From Chitinophagaceae bacterium (GTDB taxonomy: Bacteria; Bacteroidota; Bacteroidia; Chitinophagales; Chitinophagaceae), in assembly GCA_031368105.1 (NCBI GenBank), contig JANLQY010000121.1:7975-71974 (forward strand): DNA of 64,000 bases, read 5' to 3'. Positions 1 through 7,452 of the stretch are shown piece after piece; positions within the stretch are counted from its first letter, which is position 1; every line of letters starts with the position of its first letter. The position numbers and the translations under genes were made by a program. Under the pieces are notes generated by a model, which searched no databases, had not been told where the DNA came from, and saw only the letters and a list, made by a program, of their open reading frames with translations.

Positions 1-2082
1 TCCGCTGGTTACCTGCATACGGTTGCCCAGGCTTGGCGGCCCCTCAAAAACGTATACCTGAAATTGCTTTGGTGCGTTCGTTCTAAATACAATGCCAGGG
101 TTTTTGTTCTGGTCAATATTACAAGCGGTGTCTTTCAGCCCGTTAATTACAAAAACCGGAGTCCTGTGATAAACAAGATTTCTTACTGAATCCTTAGTAC
201 TGATATTTATAAGCGGTTCAATTACTCTTACATTGAAGAAATCAGTAACATCACTTTGAGGGATATACCTGGCATCATTTGAGGGATAAGCAGGTGTAAA
301 TGCATCAATAGTTACTTTATAAGTGCCTGTCGGCAGCCTCACAGAATAAGAGCTATCGCCTGTGTTGATATTGGCAGTATCTTGAAACGTGGTAACAATA
401 GTACTGTCCTTTCGTTGCAAGATCCCTACAAACTTTATAATTGCAGAACCAATGCGTTTACCAGCCATATCGGTGAGTTTACCAGAAATCAACCTTGTTG
501 AGGTGTCTGAAAAGTTAATATTGGATGTATCATTAGTAATTGTAAAACTTTGCGATGGTGGAACGAACTTGTGGTTTAAAAATGCTGCTGTAAACGTGTA
601 GCTTTGGGGGTCTGCAACGGTAATACCAAAGTACCCGATACTATCTGCCCTTAACGAATCTGAATAAACTGCTGTAACGGTCTGGTCGTTGGACGAAATT
701 TTTACATTCCCAACACCATATGGCCCCCTGGAGCCAAACAGACAACCGTCACATGTTTGTGTAACCCTGCCCGTTATAGAATAAACCGTGCTGTCAATGA
801 AATTGTTGCCTGTAGAGGTGGGGATAATATTTGAAAGGGTTACAGGGTTTCTTGTGGAAAGCTTATGCCCGGCTTTAGAAGCAATAATAGTAAAGCTTAC
901 ATTATCAGGGTCTCCACCTTCTATTGAATTATCACCGTAAAAAATGGGATTTATAGTGTAAGTGCCATCTGATTCGGTTACTTTGGTATATGGGAAGCTT
1001 TGAGGACTACCTTTTAAACTAACTGTTTTTTGAACGGTAATGGTAACTCCCGGAACTGCTGTGATTCCATTTTTACTGGTTACTTTTCCGGAAATAACCC
1101 CGTTCTTTTTACCATTGCCTTGGCTGAATACTTTGATCAAGACTGAATTGGAAGTATTGTTTGTACCGCAACCGTTTATTACTCTTCTGACATACGTATT
1201 GCTCTGTATAGCAGGTATAGGCAGCGTAATCTGGTTGGCCCCAGGCAGTATCGTCCAGATTACATTATCTGTGCTGCTCTCCCAGGAGTAAGTGTAACCA
1301 AAGCCCGTTGGGCTTGTTACATTTGTTATGAAGTCTGTGCCTGCTGGCAATTCTGGAAGGTAAGGTACGGTGTGGGCATTTCCAATAGTTCCAGGTGTGT
1401 AGTCACAGGTATAGAAAATTCTGATTTCGCCCCTGGCACCAGCCTGGTCACCTGATCCGCCACCACCCGGGGCTCCGGCTGCATAATCACCTGTTTTGCC
1501 ACCACCACCGGCACCATCTCCACCATATCCATGAAACCCATCGCCTGCGGTTTGGCCTCCGGCGGCTTCTCCGTTTGTCCTGCCAGATCCGCCACCGCCG
1601 CCCTGCCACCGATTATCAAAGATATTCCTCCAACTCTGCCCGCCAATTCCACCAAAATTGGAAACAGCTACTTCACCTGCTATGGGCGACTTCCGCCGTT
1701 CCAATCCACTTCTATATCCTTCGATTGCAAAACAATTTTCAAAAAAACTGTTTGTGCCGTCCTGATTTAAAGCCCCGCCAACACCCACTTTGTACCCATA
1801 TCCACTTGCCTGTTTTGCGGCCGTCACGATGTAAACAATGCTTTGGGAAAAACTGCTGCCACCGCCGCCGCCCGTACCGTTATAGCCAAATTGACCTTGA
1901 GCCCATTCTGCATTGCCACCGGCACCACCACCCCACAACTGTACATAAAATGATTTCACACCTGGCGGCGGTTTCCACACACCGGCACCACTAGTAAGTA
2001 TTACACTATTCTGCGCTATCAAAAAATGGGTGATTAAAACAAACCCAATGGTGAGTAATGAGTGGAAGTAATATTTTTTCAT
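1..2082 (-). CDS. Secreted glycine-rich-domain protein followed by beta-sandwich (carboxypeptidase-regulatory-like) repeats; the C-terminus lies beyond the window start
   Basis: It is absent from the ORF track because no stop codon falls inside the window. The reverse complement from the ATG at 2082-2080 reads MKKYYFHSLLTIGFVLITHFLIAQN (signal peptide), then VWKPPPGVKSFYVQLWGGGAGG and long GGGG/GGGGGS tracts, then repeats such as GKVTSKNGITAVPGVTITV. The frame stays open to position 1 (2082 nt = 694 codons). Confidence 0.7.
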   Translation of the reverse strand, partial: MKKYYFHSLLTIGFVLITHFLIAQNSVILTSGAGVWKPPPGVKSFYVQLWGGGAGGNAEWAQGQFGYNGTGGGGGSSFSQSIVYIVTAAKQASGYGYKVGVGGALNQDGTNSFFENCFAIEGYRSGLERRKSPIAGEVAVSNFGGIGGQSWRNIFDNRWQGGGGGSGRTNGEAAGGQTAGDGFHGYGGDGAGGGGKTGDYAAGAPGGGGSGDQAGARGEIRIFYTCDYTPGTIGNAHTVPYLPELPAGTDFITNVTSPTGFGYTYSWESSTDNVIWTILPGANQITLPIPAIQSNTYVRRVINGCGTNNTSNSVLIKVFSQGNGKKNGVISGKVTSKNGITAVPGVTITVQKTVSLKGSPQSFPYTKVTESDGTYTINPIFYGDNSIEGGDPDNVSFTIIASKAGHKLSTRNPVTLSNIIPTSTGNNFIDSTVYSITGRVTQTCDGCLFGSRGPYGVGNVKISSNDQTVTAVYSDSLRADSIGYFGITVADPQSYTFTAAFLNHKFVPPSQSFTITNDTSNINFSDTSTRLISGKLTDMAGKRIGSAIIKFVGILQRKDSTIVTTFQDTANINTGDSSYSVRLPTGTYKVTIDAFTPAYPSNDARYIPQSDVTDFFNVRVIEPLINISTKDSVRNLVYHRTPVFVINGLKDTACNIDQNKNPGIVFRTNAPKQFQVYVFEGPPSLGNRMQVTSG

Positions 2083-2175
2083 GTTCAGTTAATTTGCTGT
2101 TTTGTTGGTTATGTTTCTTCTAAAAAATAGTGCGGATTTGCTTCAGGTAATCTTCCGATAATAAAGTTTTCCTTT

Positions 2176-2499
2176 TCATTCCGGGTTAATCCGGTGAAAA
2201 ACGGCATGTCTGCGGCGGCTGACAGAAACAAATTCACCGTTGGTTAATTCAACTGTTTTTGTATGTGTACCGGAAACCCTTTTGATATATAATCTGTTTA
2301 CAAGGTGACTGCGGTGCACCCTTAAAAACATATCAGAAGGTAAGTTTGCTTGTACCAAGTGCAGGACTTTTGATATAACCAATGTTCCTGTCAGATTTGT
2401 AAAATGGATTTTACAATAATTACTGTGAGCCTGTACTCTTATTATGTTCGCCGGTTCAAACAGCATGCACATAGTGTAATGTTTCATATAATTCTTCAT
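2176..2499 (-). CDS. Stand-alone LytTR-domain DNA-binding protein
   Basis: The 107-aa product is essentially one LytTR domain (IIRVQAHSNYCKIHF...FLRVHRSHLVNRLYIKRV...VELTNGEFVSVSRRR). It has no receiver or TM segment. It sits 93 nt upstream of, and co-oriented with, the glycine-rich protein gene. Confidence 0.8.
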   Translation of the reverse strand: MKNYMKHYTMCMLFEPANIIRVQAHSNYCKIHFTNLTGTLVISKVLHLVQANLPSDMFLRVHRSHLVNRLYIKRVSGTHTKTVELTNGEFVSVSRRRHAVFHRINPE

Positions 2500-2810
2500 T
2501 TAAAATAATTAATTTAAGTAGCCTATCATTTTAATTATTTGATGTTTTATTGAAATGATGTTTTCAATCGTTATGCATAAAAAACTACCACCCGTAAAGC
2601 TTTTAGGAAATTATAAACATTTGTTTTCTTTTAGATGTCTGTAATATTTTAAACTTGATTAAAATTATGTCGCACAGATTAACTTCGCTAAAAATACAGG
2701 CGACAAAACCCTGACGGGCACCGGACAAAAAACGGACAAGAGTAAGTCATACATTGATAATCAGTACTTTCCTGTTTGGAGAGAAAAAGCTTTTACAATT
2801 ATTTTTTGTT

Positions 2811-2827
2811 TTTTGTGGCTAACTTTA
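2811..2827 (+). promoter_or_regulatory. Candidate promoter-like motif TTTTG-N3-CTAACTTTA upstream of the OmpA-family gene
   Basis: The same CTAACTTTA block, preceded by TTTTG, occurs upstream of dprA (4855-4869). It loosely resembles the Bacteroidota -7 element TAnnTTTG. Spacing to a -33 TTTG is not canonical. Confidence 0.2.
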
Positions 2828-2843
2828 GTTCTCAATTTCGACT

Positions 2844-4793
2844 ATGAAAAAAATTGATACCGGTTGCACAAAGGCAATTTTCTTATTCCTTATTTCTCAT
2901 TTCTTATTTCTTATTTCTTATTCTCAATGGTACGATCCGGAAAAAGTAAACCAAAAAGCCGCTGACATTTATGCACAGGCTTATGAAGCAGCCAACAAAC
3001 AGCAATACGGAAAAGCCATTTCAAAAATTAATGAAGCCATCAGTATAGAGCCAACATTTGTGGATGCTTATTTATCAAGAGCAGGCATCTATGCCAATTT
3101 AAAAAATTACGATTCATCTGTTATTGATTTTGAAAAAGGCATTGCATTGGATACTGTTTATTCCTCCAATTATTTTTTACCCTACTCTATTTCACTTGCA
3201 GGCAAAGGGCAATTTGATAAAGCACTGATTGCAGTAAATCATTTTTTGCTAAACAGTAAATTAAATCAACAAAGCATTAAGGCTGGCAACTACAGAAAAC
3301 AGGTGTATGAATTTGCTGTGGAGTATGAAAAAAAACATCCTTCCAACAATTATGTTTTTGCTCCGGTAAATTTAGGTGACAGTATCAATTCTGTTCATCC
3401 TGAATATTATCCTTCCATTACTATTGATGGCAAAAAATTAATCTTTACAAGAAGGGTGGAAGGTGATGAAGATTTTTATGAAAGCACTTTGAAAGATGGC
3501 AAGTGGAGCAAGGCTCAGCCACTCGGTGGTAAAGTAAATACCAACTTAAATGAAGGGGCACAAAATATTTCGCAGGATGGTGAATGGATAATTTTTACCG
3601 GTTGCAATTATCCAGAAGGGCAGGGCAGTTGTGACCTGTATATTTCCTACAAAAGAAAAAATGGATGGAGTGAAGCAGAAAATTTGGGCGCTATTATCAA
3701 CACCGATTTTTGGGAATCTGCTCCATCATTATCTCCTGATAAAAGAGATCTTTATTTTAGCAGCAGCCAGCCGGGAGGCTATGGTGGTAAAGACATTTGG
3801 GTTACACATCGCAGTGAAAAAGGTAAATGGAGCAGGGCAGAAAATTTGGGTCCGGATGTAAACAGCAATGCTGATGAAAGCTGTGCCTTCATGTATGCCG
3901 ACAATCAAACACTTTTTTTTAACAGCAATGGACATCCTGGTTATGGACTAACAGATTTATTTTATACAAAGAAACAACCCGACAGCAGCTGGAGTAAACC
4001 TGTAAACCTCGGCTATCCCATTAACACCATTGATGATGAAGGTTCTTTAATTGTGACTGCTGATGGCAAAACGGCCTATTACGCCAGCGAAAGAAAAGAC
4101 AGCCATGGTGCTCTTGACCTCTACAGTTTTCAATTAAGGGAAGATATCCGTCCGCCAAAAACACTGTGGGTAAAGGGGCAGGTATTTGATTCTAAAACAA
4201 AGCTGGGTTTGCCTTCTTCAGTAGAACTAACGGATATCAACAGCCGCCAGTTGATAAGCAAAGTACAGACAGATGAAGACGGGAATTATTTAACCACTTT
4301 ACCAGTGGGAAAAGATTATGCTTTTAATGTAAACAGAAAAGGATATTTATTTTTCTCCGAAAATTATAACCTCAATAACAGCAGCATTGATTCTGTATTT
4401 ACTGCCAACATTCCCCTGCAGCCAATCGAGGAAGGAGCTTCTGTTATTTTAAAAAATATTTTTTTCGATACAAAGAAAATAGAACTGAAACCGGAGTCGA
4501 TGGTAGAACTAAATAAAGTAATTCAGCTGATGAATGACAACCCCAATTTAAAAATTATTATTACCGGGCATACAGATAATGTAGGCAAAGTGCAGGATAA
4601 TATTTCACTTTCCAACAACAGGGCCGTAGCGGTAATTAATTATTTATTGGCCAGCAAACAGATAACCAATAACCGTTTGCAATCAAAGGGATTGGGAGCA
4701 GCCAAGCCAATTGCAGACAATACCACAGAGCAGGGAAGGGCTTTGAACAGGAGGACGGAACTCAGTGTGGTAAGTAATGCCCCTATCCCCTAA
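2844..4793 (+). CDS. OmpA-family protein with N-terminal TPR, PD40/TolB-like beta-propeller repeats, a carboxypeptidase-regulatory-like domain and a C-terminal OmpA peptidoglycan-binding domain
   Basis: A signal peptide is followed by TPR-like helices (AYLSRAGIYANLKNYDSS) and repeated WSxAxNLGxxxNT motifs. The C-terminus reads FFDTKKIELKPES...ITGHTDNVG...LSNNRAVAV...NRRTEL. The last 5 codons and the stop lie inside palindromic element copy 1. Confidence 0.9.
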   Translation: MKKIDTGCTKAIFLFLISHFLFLISYSQWYDPEKVNQKAADIYAQAYEAANKQQYGKAISKINEAISIEPTFVDAYLSRAGIYANLKNYDSSVIDFEKGIALDTVYSSNYFLPYSISLAGKGQFDKALIAVNHFLLNSKLNQQSIKAGNYRKQVYEFAVEYEKKHPSNNYVFAPVNLGDSINSVHPEYYPSITIDGKKLIFTRRVEGDEDFYESTLKDGKWSKAQPLGGKVNTNLNEGAQNISQDGEWIIFTGCNYPEGQGSCDLYISYKRKNGWSEAENLGAIINTDFWESAPSLSPDKRDLYFSSSQPGGYGGKDIWVTHRSEKGKWSRAENLGPDVNSNADESCAFMYADNQTLFFNSNGHPGYGLTDLFYTKKQPDSSWSKPVNLGYPINTIDDEGSLIVTADGKTAYYASERKDSHGALDLYSFQLREDIRPPKTLWVKGQVFDSKTKLGLPSSVELTDINSRQLISKVQTDEDGNYLTTLPVGKDYAFNVNRKGYLFFSENYNLNNSSIDSVFTANIPLQPIEEGASVILKNIFFDTKKIELKPESMVELNKVIQLMNDNPNLKIIITGHTDNVGKVQDNISLSNNRAVAVINYLLASKQITNNRLQSKGLGAAKPIADNTTEQGRALNRRTELSVVSNAPIP

Positions 4794-4800
4794 AGGGGAA
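4775..4800 (+). repeat. GC-rich mirror-arm + hairpin palindromic element, copy 1
   Basis: The sequence is TAATGCCCCTATCCCCTAAAGGGGAA. The hairpin is TCCCC-TAAA-GGGGA, preceded by the mirror arm CCCCT. It is identical over 26 nt to the copy at 32631-32656 (minus strand). Confidence 0.8.
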
Positions 4801-4854
4801 TGACACAGCACATATTTCAAATATCTTCTTTAAGATAAGGTGAATTAATTATTG

Positions 4855-4869
4855 TTTTGCCTAACTTTA
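4855..4869 (+). promoter_or_regulatory. Candidate promoter-like motif TTTTG-C-CTAACTTTA upstream of dprA
   Basis: See 2811-2827. It lies 32 nt upstream of the dprA ATG. Confidence 0.2.
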
Positions 4870-4900
4870 ATTCAGGCATTCATTAATTATTTTTTTCTTC

Positions 4901-6001
4901 ATGATCAACGACCTGCTTTATCAAATTGCCCTCACCCTTGTCCCCAACATTGGCGATGTACATGCAAAAGCATTGGTGAATATTTATGGTGATGCACAAT
5001 CTATTTTTAAAGCAAAAAGAAAAGAACTGGAAAGCATTGAAGGCATTGGCACAATAAGAGCAGGCAGTATTAAAGCATTTCAAAATTTCCAGAGCAGCGA
5101 AGATGAAATTGCCTTCATTGAAAAATACAAAATCACACCGCTTTTTATCACTGATAAAAATTATCCGCAACGATTATTGAATTGTTATGACAGCCCGGCA
5201 TTGCTGTATTACAGGGGCAATGCCGATTTGAATACATCAAAAATAATTGCGGTGGTAGGTACCCGTAATAATTCTGATTATGGCAAAACAGTTTGTGAAA
5301 AAATAATGGAAGACCTTGCAAGCGAAAACATTTTAGTAGTGAGTGGCCTTGCATTTGGCATTGATACCATTGCACATAAAGCTGCATTAAAAAACAACCT
5401 GCAAACAATTGCCGTACTAGCACACGGCTTAGACAGGATTTATCCTACACAAAATAAAACACTTGCTAAGCAAATGATTGAGCATGGTGGATTGCTAACA
5501 GAATTCATCAGCCATACCAATCCCGACAAACAAAATTTCCCTAAACGCAACAGGATCGTTGCTGGTATCAGTGATGCTGTGATCGTAATTGAAACAGGAA
5601 AAAAAGGAGGCTCACTCATCACAGCAGAGCTGGGTAATAATTATAACAAAGATGTGTTTGCCATTCCAGGCAGAGTTACTGACAGTAAAAGTGAAGGCTG
5701 CAATTATTTAATCCGCAACAATAAAGCTGCTTTAATAAACAATGCAGAAGACCTGCTGGAACTGATGAACTGGAAACCTGCAACAAAACATGTTGCAAAA
5801 AAACAAAGAGAATTATTTATAGAACTAAGTCCGGATGAAAAAATAGTGGTGGATATTTTACAAAAACAAGAGAGCATACAGATTGATGAACTCTATTTTA
5901 AAAGTGGCCTCAGCAGCAGCGCCATAGCTGCTGCATTACTGATGCTTGAGATGCAGGGCTTGCTGGCAAGTATGCCGGGAAAGTTGTATAAAATGATTTG
6001 A
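4901..6001 (+). CDS. dprA: DNA-processing protein DprA (Smf)
   Basis: It has an N-terminal helix-hairpin-helix-like region and a Rossmann-type core (VVGTRNNSDYG, VSGLAFGIDTIAHKAAL, NFPKRNRIVAG). The C-terminal winged-helix-like tail is typical length, and the whole protein is 366 aa. Confidence 0.9.
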   Translation: MINDLLYQIALTLVPNIGDVHAKALVNIYGDAQSIFKAKRKELESIEGIGTIRAGSIKAFQNFQSSEDEIAFIEKYKITPLFITDKNYPQRLLNCYDSPALLYYRGNADLNTSKIIAVVGTRNNSDYGKTVCEKIMEDLASENILVVSGLAFGIDTIAHKAALKNNLQTIAVLAHGLDRIYPTQNKTLAKQMIEHGGLLTEFISHTNPDKQNFPKRNRIVAGISDAVIVIETGKKGGSLITAELGNNYNKDVFAIPGRVTDSKSEGCNYLIRNNKAALINNAEDLLELMNWKPATKHVAKKQRELFIELSPDEKIVVDILQKQESIQIDELYFKSGLSSSAIAAALLMLEMQGLLASMPGKLYKMI

Positions 6002-6013
6002 TTGTTTACAAAA

Positions 6014-7276
6014 TTATTTCATCACCCCAATCTTATCCCCCTTCCAATCAGGAAACAAAACAGTATCATTATTAATTTTTAAATGACTGTCAGCTACTTC
6101 ACTAAAGATGCTGCGGAAGTCAGTAGTTACTGCAAGGTCACGGCCATCAGCTAAATTTTCTATTGCCAATGACTGTACATTTCCATGTACTTTTCCCCCA
6201 TTCACATCATTGCCCAGGATGAAGGCACAGCTTGCTCTTCCATGATCAGTACCACCGCTGCCATTTTGTTTTACGGTACGGCCAAACTCTGTGGTGGTCA
6301 TTAGTGTAATATCATCCTGCATGGTTTCTACATCTTTCCAAAAGGCTGCGATGCTGTTGCTAAGGTCGGCCACGTTTCTTGCAAACACACCATTTTCTGT
6401 TCCCTGATTAAAGTGAGTATCCCATCCGCCGCTTTCTGCAAAAGCCACTTCCAGGCCTACATCCATTTTTATCAGTTGTGCAATTTGCTTTAATGAATTG
6501 CCCAAAGGACTGTTGGGGTAGATGGCTCCGTTAGCTGGTTGATAATTCTTTACATCTGTTTTCTGCAGCATCTTCACCGCATCAAAACTTTCCCTGCCTG
6601 TTTTATTCAGCAGTGTTGAACTGGTTTGATCGTAGAGGTCTTCAAAACTTTTAGCGGCAAAATTAGCTCCTGCGGAATTTCCTTTTAGCTGTATGGCGAA
6701 GTCTTTTAGATTACTGATAGCAATGGTTTCATTGTCGCCATAAAAAGAACGGGGCATAGCAGATGTCATACTCACTGCACGGAAAGGTGTGACATCATGG
6801 CCAAGTAAACCCACCGCCCTGTTGAGCCATCCACTGGCAGTTCCTTTGTTAAATGGTGTGCCGCTTTCCATGTAATCCTGTGCATCAAAATGGCTGCGGC
6901 TATTGTTGGGCGAGCCCATTCCATGCACAATGGCCAGGCGTTTTTCTTTAAACAAATTTTCAAATGCAGCCATGGATGGATGCAGCCCAAACTTACCATC
7001 CAGGTCTATCAAAGACTTACCTGTAGCGGATTTGGCAGCATCCATAAACAAGGTAGGCCTTGCTGCTTTTAAGTATGGATCGGTAAAAGGTGTCACTGCC
7101 ATCAGGCCGTCCATTGCCCCACGCTGAAAAATAAAAACCAATGTTTTATTCTTTTTGTATGGGCGCAATAATTTATTACTGCCTGCAGCCTTCGCCAAAA
7201 ATGTTGGCACTCCCCCCACTCCAATAGTAAATAGTGCAAGACCGGCGTGTTTTAAAAATGCTTTACGGGAAGACAT
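6014..7276 (-). CDS. DUF1501 domain protein (sulfatase-fold, Tat-type N-terminus)
   Basis: The N-terminus SRKAFLKHAGLALFTIG resembles a twin-arginine signal. The motifs SHFDAQDYMESG, GGWDTH, TEFGRT and GTDHG are characteristic of DUF1501. It lies immediately downstream of a DUF1800 gene, which is the usual pairing. Confidence 0.85.
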   Translation of the reverse strand: MSSRKAFLKHAGLALFTIGVGGVPTFLAKAAGSNKLLRPYKKNKTLVFIFQRGAMDGLMAVTPFTDPYLKAARPTLFMDAAKSATGKSLIDLDGKFGLHPSMAAFENLFKEKRLAIVHGMGSPNNSRSHFDAQDYMESGTPFNKGTASGWLNRAVGLLGHDVTPFRAVSMTSAMPRSFYGDNETIAISNLKDFAIQLKGNSAGANFAAKSFEDLYDQTSSTLLNKTGRESFDAVKMLQKTDVKNYQPANGAIYPNSPLGNSLKQIAQLIKMDVGLEVAFAESGGWDTHFNQGTENGVFARNVADLSNSIAAFWKDVETMQDDITLMTTTEFGRTVKQNGSGGTDHGRASCAFILGNDVNGGKVHGNVQSLAIENLADGRDLAVTTDFRSIFSEVADSHLKINNDTVLFPDWKGDKIGVMK

Positions 7277-7418
7277 ATTTTAATGGATAATTTTTTGATT
7301 GATAATTGATAATTTTTTGGTATTGAGAGTTTACTTTTTTTGCTTTGTTGCTTTTTGTTTTTGTTGACTTCGCCAAGCTAATCACAAGTACCTTAAATTT
7401 TTTGACTACTGCCTTTAA

Positions 7419-7447
7419 GCCCCTCCTTTGGAGGGGTTTGGGGAGGC
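7419..7447 (-). repeat. GC-rich mirror-arm + hairpin palindromic element, variant copy
   Basis: The minus strand reads GCCTCCCC-AAA-CCCCTCC-AAA-GGAGGGGC. It lies just after the DUF1800 stop, between the DUF1800 and DUF1501 genes. Confidence 0.7.
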
Positions 7448-7452
7448 CGGCT

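Noticed and set aside
2901-2921. A heptanucleotide repeat (TTCTTAT x3, with imperfect copies upstream) in the signal-peptide region of the OmpA-family gene, as a possible slipped-strand phase-variation switch.
   Set aside because: There are only three perfect copies. It encodes a plausible hydrophobic leader (FLFLISHFLFLIS), and nothing else suggests contingency behaviour. It would need population sequencing to revive.
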